A stretch of DNA of 64,000 nt from Bythopirellula sp. (GTDB taxonomy: Bacteria; Planctomycetota; Planctomycetia; Pirellulales; Lacipirellulaceae), in assembly GCA_965216565.1 (NCBI GenBank), contig OZ244170.1:2880001-2944000 (forward strand), given 5' to 3'. How positions within the stretch are numbered: position 1 is the stretch's first letter; the number at the start of each line of letters is the position of its first letter. Of the stretch, positions 8,608 through 17,861 are shown one piece after another. Under the pieces are notes generated by a model. The model was given only the letters and a program-made list of their open reading frames with translations, was not told where the DNA came from and ran no database searches. The translations under genes and the position numbers were made by a program.

Positions 8608-10995
8608 CTATCTCCCTCCGACCTCGATTTTTGCCCAGAAGGGGCGTAAGCGATCGGTGCGGGTACGCACATCTTCCAGCAACACTTCCAGCTGCGGCTC
8701 GATGCGAGTGCGGCCGCTGGTGAGCTTGTTGCCGTTGAGCGTGATCCTCACGGGCTTGTCGAAGTCGACAATCTCCGGGCCCAGCCAGATGGTTGTCTCG
8801 GCCGATGCCGATCGGGCCGAAAGCACATTCTCTTTGAGGATCTTCGCTTCGACCTCCGTCGGACGGGCACCCTTCACCCAGTTTTGGGGATAGACGGGAT
8901 TGGGAAACTCGCGGCCTTCGATCCACCAAAAGAAATTGTCCCAAGGTCGCATCGTGCGGCAGACAAATTCCTTGGGCGGTCCCGAACGAGATTGACGCCC
9001 CATCCAGTCAAATAATCGGAGGATTTCGTCGTGGAACGATTCGTGGCCGCGGCCGTGATACTCGGCCACCGTAACGTCGAACCGTTTTTTGAGATACTGA
9101 TTCCAAGACTGTTCGTTCTGCGACATCTTATTGCCATCGAGTTCGCCGGCAACAAAGTACAGCGGCACGTGCTCGAGATTTTTCCAATAGTGGCTGACGT
9201 ATTTGTCCCCCACAGCAACAAATGGAATCGCCCCGGCCCACAAATCGGGGTGCGCCTGCGCAAAGTCCCAAGCGGCCTCGCCACCAATGCCGTGGCCCGA
9301 GAGATAGACGCGGTCGGTATCGATTCCAAACCGACGGCAGGCATCGCGGAGGCAGGTGAGGACCGCCTCGTGCTCGCGGAGCGAGTATTCATAGCGGAAC
9401 TGCTGCGGTTTCTGCCAGTCGACAGACAGTGTGATATAACCATGCCGCATAGCCTGGCCGTTGCGCGGGCCGACTGGCTCGCCGGAACGATCCCTGCGAA
9501 TGGAGCCCGCCCAGAAATCGAGTTCCTGCAAGGGCGAGTTGTGCGCTCCATTCAGGGCGACAATCATGGGGTAGTGTCGATAGCGATCGTATTCAGGAGG
9601 TAGTTGTACGAAATAGCGAAAATTGCCGTGCTCGGTGCGACCCTCGGCCGACAATTCCAGTGCATCGAACTTGCCACCCTCCTGCTGAGGAACTTCCCAC
9701 GGCGGCGCGAGGTGAGCAATCAGCTCGGCGACGTTCTCCACCGAGGCCCCTTTCATACTGCCGATCGATTCCAGTAACGCGAGGCGCTGGTGTGCCATCG
9801 GCTCGCGAAGGTACTTCAAGACGCCCTGCCGAATTGTGATCAACGACACGGCCGCGGCAAAGTCTTGTTTCGCATTGTTGCCACCTAGCAACCAACCAGA
9901 AATCGCCAGGGCTACTTTCTGTTCGGCAGAGAGCGAACTATCGTCGAAGAGTTGATCGAATGGCACCATCCGCTCGACCGTGCCCTGAGTGAGATCGGTA
10001 ATAATCTCTTTGACGACCGGTGAAATCAGTTCGCGCTGCTCCGGATCGGAAATCTGTCCGGCGGTGGCCTGCAATTGCTGACCCAGTCGTTGCACACGTG
10101 CCTGGGCGCCTTCATACTGGCCAATCATTTCCCGAACGCGTTGCAGAGTTTCGCCAGAGACCTCCTCGGTGGGAAAGTTAGTGAGCAATCGCGTCACCAA
10201 GGGGTACTGTCCGGCATCGTGGCGGAGTTCAATTTCGTCCAGCACCCGTTTGGCACCCATTTGCCGTAGTTGGCGGGCTTGTTGCTGAAGTTCGCGCCGA
10301 TCGGGGAAGCGATCCATCAACGCCTGCAGTTCGACACGGGCATCGTAGTAGTGCTGGCCTTGAAGATAAAATCGAACGACCTCCAACCATTTGTCGGCAT
10401 CGTCCCGCGACACAACCTTAGCCAATATTTCTTTGAGTTGCGCTTTGGGGATGGAACTCGTTGCTAAGCGCATGTCCCATTGCACTTTTCTCGTAGAACC
10501 CTTGAGAGACTCAAGCTTCGCAAAACGATGATTCAGTTCGGTAATCCCTTGGATCACTGCCAACGGGCCTTCTCGAGTCTGCATCTCGTAAATACGACGG
10601 CCATAAGCATCGAACGGGGTGAGTCCCAAACTGGGGCCGACGCTGCCGACGGTGGTGCTGCCATGTGCCAGCGGCTGGTCGATGCGGATGGTGACCATCT
10701 GCGTCGGCACTTGTTCGAGCAACTCAGTCACGCGCAACTTGGGCACGAAGGTTCGTCGCAGGCCATCGTCGACGACGACGATGGGCAGTGGCTTGCCCTC
10801 GCCCTCGGGATCGGGATTGGCGACAATCTTGTCGATCACGCCTGGGGTTTTGGCGAACTTGCCTTCCAGAATGCGGCCGTCATCCATACGGATCCGCTGC
10901 CCGTTGGCGGGACCAGCCAACCAGCCGCAAAGGGCCCAGGCGAGGAGGCCCACGCTCCAAAGGTTTCGAGAGGTTCTTGTTCCGATGTTTACCAC
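8608..10995 (-). CDS. Secreted protein with C-terminal alpha/beta-hydrolase (esterase/peptidase-like) domain; nucleophile Ser replaced by Gly
   Basis: Signal peptide; YFVQLPPEYD..YPMIVALNG; IDTDRVYLSGHGIGG; AGELDG; HGRGHE. Confidence 0.8.
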   Translation of the reverse strand: MVNIGTRTSRNLWSVGLLAWALCGWLAGPANGQRIRMDDGRILEGKFAKTPGVIDKIVANPDPEGEGKPLPIVVVDDGLRRTFVPKLRVTELLEQVPTQMVTIRIDQPLAHGSTTVGSVGPSLGLTPFDAYGRRIYEMQTREGPLAVIQGITELNHRFAKLESLKGSTRKVQWDMRLATSSIPKAQLKEILAKVVSRDDADKWLEVVRFYLQGQHYYDARVELQALMDRFPDRRELQQQARQLRQMGAKRVLDEIELRHDAGQYPLVTRLLTNFPTEEVSGETLQRVREMIGQYEGAQARVQRLGQQLQATAGQISDPEQRELISPVVKEIITDLTQGTVERMVPFDQLFDDSSLSAEQKVALAISGWLLGGNNAKQDFAAAVSLITIRQGVLKYLREPMAHQRLALLESIGSMKGASVENVAELIAHLAPPWEVPQQEGGKFDALELSAEGRTEHGNFRYFVQLPPEYDRYRHYPMIVALNGAHNSPLQELDFWAGSIRRDRSGEPVGPRNGQAMRHGYITLSVDWQKPQQFRYEYSLREHEAVLTCLRDACRRFGIDTDRVYLSGHGIGGEAAWDFAQAHPDLWAGAIPFVAVGDKYVSHYWKNLEHVPLYFVAGELDGNKMSQNEQSWNQYLKKRFDVTVAEYHGRGHESFHDEILRLFDWMGRQSRSGPPKEFVCRTMRPWDNFFWWIEGREFPNPVYPQNWVKGARPTEVEAKILKENVLSARSASAETTIWLGPEIVDFDKPVRITLNGNKLTSGRTRIEPQLEVLLEDVRTRTDRLRPFWAKIEVGGR

Positions 10996-11227
10996 GTCGT
11001 CTCTGTTCGCTGCTCGTTAAAACCTGTGTCGGTCACAGATTGACCACTTCTCCGCCCTAATTCCATTGTGGGCCGCAACCATCTGGAGTCAATTTGCAAC
11101 TGGTCGGCGAATCCATGAGAGCATTGACAGGCAGCCACCCAGAGTTGGAAAATGCCCCTGGTTTGTCACAATATAACGGTTACAAAGATTACACAGACCA
11201 CAGCCACCTTGGGGAGACACGTAAGCG

Positions 11228-11464
11228 ATGAATACCAGAACTGCCGTGAAGTCGCTGTTGACGCTCGTCTTGGGGCTGCCTGTGATCCAAGCCGTGCTGG
11301 TCTGGGTCGGTGGTTTGCTCGGTACCATGGGAGACGAGGCGACCCAATCAGTACTGAAGACCGTAAACACCACCCTGGGCATTGTATGGCTGACGAGTCT
11401 GGTGGGACTCCTCGTGGTCTTGGCGATGCAGTCGTTGGAAGATCGCGACAGGCCACTTGAGTAA
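11228..11464 (+). CDS. Small two-helix membrane protein (hypothetical)
   Basis: 78 aa with two hydrophobic segments; fills the gap ahead of the HD-domain gene. Confidence 0.65.
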   Translation: MNTRTAVKSLLTLVLGLPVIQAVLVWVGGLLGTMGDEATQSVLKTVNTTLGIVWLTSLVGLLVVLAMQSLEDRDRPLE

Positions 11465-11507
11465 GGGGCGATTGCCAGGAACAGATGTCGCCTGCACAAT
11501 CGAGACT

Positions 11508-12899
11508 ATGGAAAAAATCAACCGCGAGAGTCTGCTCCACGATCCCATCCACGGCTATATCCCGTTTGTTTCCATTGTCGATCCAGGCGAAACCGCGGAG
11601 CGGACGCTACTCGATCACCCTTGGCTGCAACGGCTGCGACAGATTCACCAATTGCAAACTGCCTGGTGGGTCTACCCTTCGGCCGAGCATACTAGATTTC
11701 AGCACGTGGTGGGTGCCATGCACATGGCGAGCCGGGTGGTGGATAGTTTGTACGGCAGCCTGCAGGAAGTGTGCCCCGACGTGCCTAGTCGGGGATATGT
11801 GGAATGCCTAGCGCGGATGGCTGCTCTGCTGCACGACGTGGGCCATGGCCCTTTCGGGCACTTCTTCGATGCGCATTTCTTAAGTGAATATAACCTGACA
11901 CACGAGACCTTGGGCGCGCACATCATTCAGCACGAACTGGGAGATCTCCTCAAGAATGTGCGCACGTGTCCCAACAGCCGACTGGCGGATGGCGAAACCC
12001 TCGATCCCGGTCAAGTCGCCTGGCTCATCACGCGGCCAACCTCCGACGAAGTCGATCGACCGCGGTGGATGGTGATGCTACGTAGCCTGTTCTGCGGGCT
12101 GTACACGGTCGACAACATGGACTTCGTACTCCGCGATGCCTACATGTCTGGCTATAGCAGCCGATCGTATGATCTCGATCGACTGCTGAGGTACAGTTTT
12201 TTTAGCGATAAAGGGCTCACCATCCACGAACGGGGGCTCAACGCCCTGGTGCGATTCCGGCAGGCTCGGAGCGAACTGTTTCGGTCGATCTATTTCCATC
12301 GCACGGTACGGGCCATCGACGAAACGCTCAAAGGATTGTTCCGCGACAGCCGAGGGATGCTGTTCCCCGGCAATCCACTGGAGCATTTGGGCGAGTATCG
12401 GCACTTCACCGAATGGTCGCTACTAGTGGATGTCGCACGTTGGCACGAAAGCGAGGACCCCGCCAAACGGGATCTCGCGCCACGATGGGAAGCGATTCTC
12501 TCACGGCAAGTCGACTGGGAAATGGTCGACGAACGAATTCGGCTCGACCCGCACTCCACCGACGTTTTCCGCCAGGGGAAAGAAGTCGCCGAGCAAGCCT
12601 TACGGCATAAACTCCCGGCAGATCTACAAGATATCGCGCTTGCGATCGATCTGCCGACTTACATTGATCGCCCCGATCCGAAGACGCCTGCCGCCGGGCA
12701 GAATTTTCTCTATCGTTCTGCCACCGGCCAGGTGCGTCCCCTGACGGACAACGAACTCTACAAACACTTGCCGGTGAGCCAGCTTGCCTGCCGCGTGTAT
12801 CTTCCCAAAGGGGCTCCGACCGAGCATATCAAAGCGGTGGCTGAAGCGCTCGATGCTTTGCTGGGGAGCGCGAGTGGCGATGATCTCACGAATATGTGA
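11508..12899 (+). CDS. HD-domain phosphohydrolase (dNTP triphosphohydrolase / SAMHD1-like family)
   Basis: HDPIHG, QRLRQIHQL, HTRFQH, LHDVGHGPFGH and DNMDFVLRD motifs. Confidence 0.88.
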   Translation: MEKINRESLLHDPIHGYIPFVSIVDPGETAERTLLDHPWLQRLRQIHQLQTAWWVYPSAEHTRFQHVVGAMHMASRVVDSLYGSLQEVCPDVPSRGYVECLARMAALLHDVGHGPFGHFFDAHFLSEYNLTHETLGAHIIQHELGDLLKNVRTCPNSRLADGETLDPGQVAWLITRPTSDEVDRPRWMVMLRSLFCGLYTVDNMDFVLRDAYMSGYSSRSYDLDRLLRYSFFSDKGLTIHERGLNALVRFRQARSELFRSIYFHRTVRAIDETLKGLFRDSRGMLFPGNPLEHLGEYRHFTEWSLLVDVARWHESEDPAKRDLAPRWEAILSRQVDWEMVDERIRLDPHSTDVFRQGKEVAEQALRHKLPADLQDIALAIDLPTYIDRPDPKTPAAGQNFLYRSATGQVRPLTDNELYKHLPVSQLACRVYLPKGAPTEHIKAVAEALDALLGSASGDDLTNM

Positions 12900-13006
12900 G
12901 GGGTGAGGGGCTAGGAGCTAGAGGCTAGGGGTTAGAGCTTCCACGGTAGCCGCGATCCGATGGATCGCCGGGGCCCATATCGTCCGCGCCCGCCGAAGAT
13001 TAGGAA

Positions 13007-13140
13007 GTAGGGTGGGTGGAGCACGTCCAGTTGTGGTGGGTTACGTGAGCTAGTAGATTTAAATTCAAAATAGACCATAGCCCGACCGTAAACTGAGTGC
13101 GTAACCCACCTGAATACTTCGCTCACTCCACCCACCCTAC
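13007..13140. repeat. GTAG-type REPIN with nested inverted repeats
   Basis: GTAGGGTGGGTGGAG (13007-13021) / CTCCACCCACCCTAC (13126-13140), perfect; inner GGTGGGTTACG (13035-13045) / CGTAACCCACC (13100-13110). Confidence 0.85.
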
Positions 13141-13200
13141 AGTCTAGGCTTCATAGCGATCCCGTGCCTGTCCCCATTTCAAGCGGTGCCGCAGTAGTCC

Positions 13201-13286
13201 GTCGAAAAAAGGGACAGGCACGACGACCCGTCGTGTGCTCAGGTGCAGACCGTTATCGCGCGTCGAGCCAGTCCCCTTTTTTCGAC
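13201..13286 (+). repeat. ~86-bp dispersed MITE-like element, copy 1
   Basis: Terminal IRs GTCGAAAAAAGGGAC / GTCCCCTTTTTTCGAC; near-identical inverted copy at 25010-25096. Confidence 0.85.
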
Positions 13287-13411
13287 TTCTGGACCTGCGC
13301 AGTTGAACTAGAGCTGCCGGGGCCCGTATCGTTCGCATCCACCAAAGATTAGAATAGAGGTAGGCGTTACGAACAGAATCCCTGCCCTCTCACCCCGTCC
13401 CCTGCCCCTCC

Positions 13412-14833
13412 ATGGACACCTACGACAATCCGCTGATCAGCCGTTACGCTTCCGCCGCAATGAGTCGGCTATTCAGCCCGCAACATCGGCACAGCACCTG
13501 GCGGCGGCTGTGGATAGCTTTGGCCGAAGCGGAGGCCGAACTGGGATTGCCGGTTACCGCCACGCAAATCGAGCAACTCAAGTCGCACGTCGACGATATC
13601 GATTTCCAAGCCGCTGCCAAGTACGAGCGTGAATTGCGGCACGACGTGATGGCCCACGTGCACGCCTACGGGGATCAATGCCCCGAAGCGAAACCGATCA
13701 TTCACCTGGGGGCCACAAGTTGCTTTGTTACCGACAATGCCGAGCTGCTATTAGTGCGCGATGCCATGCAGCTAGTCTGTGGGCGTTTGGCGGGAGTGAT
13801 CAATGCCCTGGGGTCCTTTGCCCAAGCGCATCGCGATTTGCCGACACTGGGATTCACCCACTTGCAACCGGCGCAGCCGACAACCGTCGGTCGTCGGGCC
13901 TGCTTGTGGGCGTACGATTTGGCGCTCGATTTGGCAGAGCTGGAACATCGCCTGGGTTCGCTCAAGGCGCGAAGCACCAAAGGCACCACCGGTACCCAAG
14001 CCAGTTTTCTCAAACTGTTCGATGGCGATCACAATAAAGTGCGGCAGCTAGAAACACTGGTTGCCCAGAAGATGGGATTCGACTCCAGCTACGCCGTCAC
14101 CGGGCAGACCTACCCGCGCAAGATCGATGCTCAAATGCTCGATGCCCTCAGTGGTGTGGCAACGTCCGCACACAAGGCGGCCACCGACGTGCGGATACTG
14201 GCGCATCGCAAAGAGATCGAAGAACCGTTTGAGAAAAGCCAGATTGGCTCGTCCGCCATGCCGTACAAACGCAACCCGATGCGGACCGAGCGTATCTGCA
14301 GCCTGGCCCGGTTTGTGACGAGCCTGCAAACCAGCCCCGTTGCCACAGCCGCCACCCAGTGGATGGAGCGCACCCTGGACGACAGCGCCAACCGACGGCT
14401 GGTGATTCCGCAAGCTTTTTTGGCCGTCGATGCGGTGTTGATTCTTTATCACAATGTCGCGTCGGGTTTGGTCGTGTACCCAGAGGTGATCGCCCGCAAC
14501 CTTCGCGAGGAGGTACCATTCATGGCGTCGGAAAACATTCTGATGGCCGCGGTTTCCGCAGGAGGCGATCGGCAAGAGCTGCACGAACGCATCCGCCAGC
14601 ACAGTCAAGCTGCTTCTGCGGAAGTGAAACAGCACGGCAAGCCGAACGATCTGCTCGAGCGCCTTGCCGCAGACGACGCATTCCAAGGAGTCGACCTGGC
14701 CGCCGCAGTGGACCCCGCGTCGCTAACCGGTCGCAGTAGAGAACAGGTTGATGAATTTCTGGGCGAAGTCGTCGAACCGATCCGCAAACGCTATGCGGAT
14801 CGAAAAGTTGAAGATGAGGAGTTGCGGGTGTGA
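13412..14833 (+). CDS. purB: Adenylosuccinate lyase
   Basis: [22 protein letters not shown] and [11 protein letters not shown] signature. Confidence 0.96.
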   Translation: MDTYDNPLISRYASAAMSRLFSPQHRHSTWRRLWIALAEAEAELGLPVTATQIEQLKSHVDDIDFQAAAKYERELRHDVMAHVHAYGDQCPEAKPIIHLGATSCFVTDNAELLLVRDAMQLVCGRLAGVINALGSFAQAHRDLPTLGFTHLQPAQPTTVGRRACLWAYDLALDLAELEHRLGSLKARSTKGTTGTQASFLKLFDGDHNKVRQLETLVAQKMGFDSSYAVTGQTYPRKIDAQMLDALSGVATSAHKAATDVRILAHRKEIEEPFEKSQIGSSAMPYKRNPMRTERICSLARFVTSLQTSPVATAATQWMERTLDDSANRRLVIPQAFLAVDAVLILYHNVASGLVVYPEVIARNLREEVPFMASENILMAAVSAGGDRQELHERIRQHSQAASAEVKQHGKPNDLLERLAADDAFQGVDLAAAVDPASLTGRSREQVDEFLGEVVEPIRKRYADRKVEDEELRV

Positions 14834-14922
14834 TAAAAGCGTACCTTTTCAGCTCTCGATTGTCTTGACCCTCCTCTGCTTGCACCAGATAATACAATAG
14901 TAACTTCGCGAGAATCCTAACT

Positions 14923-15150
14923 ATGAACCGCATTACAATCGACGACGCATTGAAGACGCAGCTATTCGGCAATACCGAGCCAATGGAATTGTGCGATTCG
15001 AATGGCTCGCCTTTGGGTCACTTTGTACCAATCGTTCCTGTTGGCCGAGATGATAACTGCCCCTATGAAGAGGAAGATCTCAAACGAATGCGTGCCGAAC
15101 AAGGCGGACGCACTTGGGATGAGATCAAGAAATCTTTGGGTTCAGAATGA
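14923..15150 (+). CDS. Putative antitoxin
   Basis: 75 aa with C-terminal GRTWDEIKKSL helix typical of RelE/ParE partners; ATGA overlap with the next gene. Confidence 0.65.
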   Translation: MNRITIDDALKTQLFGNTEPMELCDSNGSPLGHFVPIVPVGRDDNCPYEEEDLKRMRAEQGGRTWDEIKKSLGSE

Positions 15151-15398
15151 AGTTTACTGTGGTATGGAGACCCTCTGCCGAAGCCAAGCTAGCCGACATT
15201 TGGGCCGCTGCTGAAAATCGTCAAGATGTGACGTTGGCTTCGGACTCAATTGACTCTTTACTCAAGAATTCGCCCTCAGAAGTAGGCGAGTCGAGAGAAG
15301 AGAATAGCCGATTTCTTAGTGTTCCACCTCTTGCGGTTTATTACGACGTACTTGATCAAGATCGCATGGTTTTTGTGTGGGCAGTTTGGCAGATCTAA
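15147..15398 (+). CDS. Putative RelE/ParE-superfamily toxin
   Basis: MKFTVVWRPSAEAKLADIW N-terminus and LAVYYDV..DRMVFVWAVW C-terminal strands. Confidence 0.7.
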   Translation: MKFTVVWRPSAEAKLADIWAAAENRQDVTLASDSIDSLLKNSPSEVGESREENSRFLSVPPLAVYYDVLDQDRMVFVWAVWQI

Positions 15399-15403
15399 TT
15401 AAT

Positions 15404-16381
15404 TCACCCCGGCAGCGTGATATCCAGCACGATTGAAGGCTCGTTGGGTGTGGCCTCGACTGCACCGGCTGCGGCGGGGAGCAAGCAGGTTTGTCCCGTA
15501 GTAAGGGGTTTCTCGGTTGGGTCGCCTGAAATGTCCAGGCTGCCATCGATTCCCACGAGCAGATGGAATCGCTCATCGCCACCGATTGATTGAGGAGCGG
15601 TAAGTTGGCAGCGGTCGAGGGCAAACTTGTCGCAGTCGACGAGCCGTTGGCGTCCCTCCTGCTGAGTGGGTTGCGGCTTGACGGGGTCGACCGGTCCGCG
15701 CTCGAAGTCGATCGTTTCCAGCGACTGTTCGATGTGCAAGGGCCTGGGGTTCCCTTCGGCATCGACGCGATTGAAATCATAAAGTCGGAACGTGGTGTCG
15801 CTGGCCTGCTGAATTTCGGCAATCACCAAACCCGCGCCCAACGCATGGACTGTGCCCGCCTGGATGAACACGCACTGCCCCACCTCGGGCTCGAACTCGT
15901 GCAGACAGCGTTCGCACTCGCCGGCCTCCAGGGCTTGTCGTAGTTGCTCGCGAGAGACGTCCGGCTTTAAGCCCGCATAAATCTTGCTTCCGGGCTCTGC
16001 CGCCAGCACCAGCCACGCCTCTGTCTTCCCCAGGTCGGGCGGATCGAGCTTGGCCCCTTGCTCGTCGTTGGGATGGACCTGGACCGAGAGCGTGCGGTTG
16101 CAATCGAGAAACTTGAACAGCAACGGAAATTGATTCTGCGGAGCGTGTTTGCCAAAGAGAGATTCGGTGTGCTGCTGCACAAGCTGCTTGAGGGTTAGCC
16201 CCTCTGCATTTCCCGCCAATACGACACTCTGGTCTTCGCCATGATCGACCACCTCCCAGCTCTCGGCATAGTCGTCGCCGTCGCCGAGCTGTTTGTCGAG
16301 CATCGTGGCCAGCCGGCGGCCTCCCCATAGGTAACGTCGGAATAGGGGTTGGAATCTCAAGGGATAATCGCAGCTTGGCAT
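15404..16381 (-). CDS. manA: Mannose-6-phosphate isomerase, type I
   Basis: YLWGG, AESWE, LSVQVHP, KTEAW, GTVHA and EIQQASDTTFRLYD motifs. Confidence 0.92.
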   Translation of the reverse strand: MPSCDYPLRFQPLFRRYLWGGRRLATMLDKQLGDGDDYAESWEVVDHGEDQSVVLAGNAEGLTLKQLVQQHTESLFGKHAPQNQFPLLFKFLDCNRTLSVQVHPNDEQGAKLDPPDLGKTEAWLVLAAEPGSKIYAGLKPDVSREQLRQALEAGECERCLHEFEPEVGQCVFIQAGTVHALGAGLVIAEIQQASDTTFRLYDFNRVDAEGNPRPLHIEQSLETIDFERGPVDPVKPQPTQQEGRQRLVDCDKFALDRCQLTAPQSIGGDERFHLLVGIDGSLDISGDPTEKPLTTGQTCLLPAAAGAVEATPNEPSIVLDITLPG

Positions 16382-16393
16382 TTCTAGACTGTG

Positions 16394-16458
16394 CTCCTAG
16401 TTGGGGCTCCTGGATGGAGTTCCTGGTTGGGGCTCCTGGTTGGGGCTCCTGGTTGGGG
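16394..16458. repeat. 13-bp tandem repeat x5 (consensus CTCCTGGTTGGGG)
   Basis: Units at 16394, 16407, 16420, 16433 and 16446, directly upstream of manA. Confidence 0.9.
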
Positions 16459-16674
16459 TATCTATCACTTCCTATAAACCCTTGTTAATATGGCACTTAA
16501 AGTGCTTCTGCAAGGGCTCGATTCGCGCCGTATTCTTATAGTGAGCTGGCGCATGAGCCGTCAGCGGTCAGTTTTCAGCAGTCAGCAAATCTAGTTTTGA
16601 AGTGCTGAGGGCTGACAGCTATGCAGTGAAACACATCTCCAGCCGACAATCAATCCACGCTTCGCCCCATACGC

Positions 16675-17733
16675 ATGCCAGAGCCCAAAGACGAGCAAGA
16701 GCTAGAGCACTCGAAGATGTCGTTTGCCGATCATCTCGAGGAGTTGCGGACTGCGCTTTGGAAATCGATTTTAGCTTTGGCCGTGGGTTCTATCGTCGGC
16801 TTTTCCGTCGGTGGGTCGGTGGTCGACTATATCCAAACTCCGTTACGACAACAGCTTGAGCTCCACTTTGGACGGCTGGCAGTTCAAACCCAGGTCGACC
16901 GTCTGGAAGAGATGCAAGCGGCCGGCATGACAGTCCCAGAAGACTTGGAGGCTGCGGCGCAAAAGATTGTGGACGATGGCCTCGTGCCGAAGGATATCTA
17001 TCTCGATCGAGCCGAGTTACAGCGTGCTTTGGGTGAGAAGGAATCAGAAACTCTGGCCGCGAAAGATCCAGGACTTCTTAGCGAAGACCTTGTTCTATTG
17101 CGAGCCTACGAACCTTTGTCGGCTGACTCCCGATTGAATCTTGTGGGCTTGAGTGCCCAAGAACCCTTCTTCGTTTACGTGAAGGCTGCGGTGGTCGTGG
17201 GGGCGGTTGTCTCTAGTCCTTTTATCTTCTTCTATATCTGGGAGTTTATCGCAGCGGGACTCTACCGGCACGAACGCAAGCAGATTTATCTCTACCTGCC
17301 TATTAGCCTCGGTCTGTTTTTTGCCGGGGCTGCGCTGGCGTTTTATGGAGCGCTCAGCTTTGTACTGACGTTTTTATTCTGGTTCAACGAGCAGATGGGC
17401 ATCGTCCCGACGCTGCGGATCAGCGATTGGATTAGCTTTGTGCTGATGTTGCCGCTGGGCTTTGGCATTAGCTTCCAATTGCCGCTGGTGATGTTGTTCC
17501 TAGAGCGCATCGGCATCTTCACGGTTGCCGACTATAAGAAAAAATGGCGCATCGCGGTCCTGGTGATCTCAATTATTTCGATGCTACTCACACCTGCTGA
17601 CCCTTGGAGCATGATGCTCATGGGAATTCCGCTCGTTGCCCTCTACTTCGGCGGGATCATGCTTTGTAAGCACATGCCGCGTAGCAAAACGAAGCCCATT
17701 GAAGGCATGCCTGAAGAGACGAGCGGCTCGTAA
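16675..17733 (+). CDS. tatC: Twin-arginine translocase subunit TatC
   Basis: MSFADHLEELR, EPFFVYVK, WEFIAAGLY..E, FGISFQLP and LTPADP motifs. Confidence 0.93.
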   Translation: MPEPKDEQELEHSKMSFADHLEELRTALWKSILALAVGSIVGFSVGGSVVDYIQTPLRQQLELHFGRLAVQTQVDRLEEMQAAGMTVPEDLEAAAQKIVDDGLVPKDIYLDRAELQRALGEKESETLAAKDPGLLSEDLVLLRAYEPLSADSRLNLVGLSAQEPFFVYVKAAVVVGAVVSSPFIFFYIWEFIAAGLYRHERKQIYLYLPISLGLFFAGAALAFYGALSFVLTFLFWFNEQMGIVPTLRISDWISFVLMLPLGFGISFQLPLVMLFLERIGIFTVADYKKKWRIAVLVISIISMLLTPADPWSMMLMGIPLVALYFGGIMLCKHMPRSKTKPIEGMPEETSGS

Positions 17734-17752
17734 GCTTTGCGGAAAAGTAGCC

Positions 17753-17839
17753 TTCGAAAATAGGAACAGGCAAGACGACACCAAGAGCGCTGAGCGCTCA
17801 AGCCGTAATCGAACGTCGAGCCAGTCCCTATTTTTCGAC
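17753..17839 (+). repeat. Degenerate copy of the ~86-bp MITE-like element
   Basis: TTCGAAAATAGGAACAGGCAAGACGAC...CGTCGAGCCAGTCCCTATTTTTCGAC matches the ends of 13201-13286. Confidence 0.7.
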
Positions 17840-17861
17840 TCCCAATCCCGCACTAAAGCTA

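Noticed and set aside
11228..12899. Membrane protein plus HD dNTPase as an anti-phage system
   Set aside because: Housekeeping context, host-like composition and no defence-island neighbours; better explained as the common HD-family hydrolase.
12932..13352. Short ORFs in the HD-purB spacer
   Set aside because: They are translations of repeat elements (e.g. KKGTG...VPVPFF), not credible genes.
16394..16458. Possible CRISPR array
   Set aside because: 13-bp units are contiguous with no spacers, and there are no cas genes in the window.
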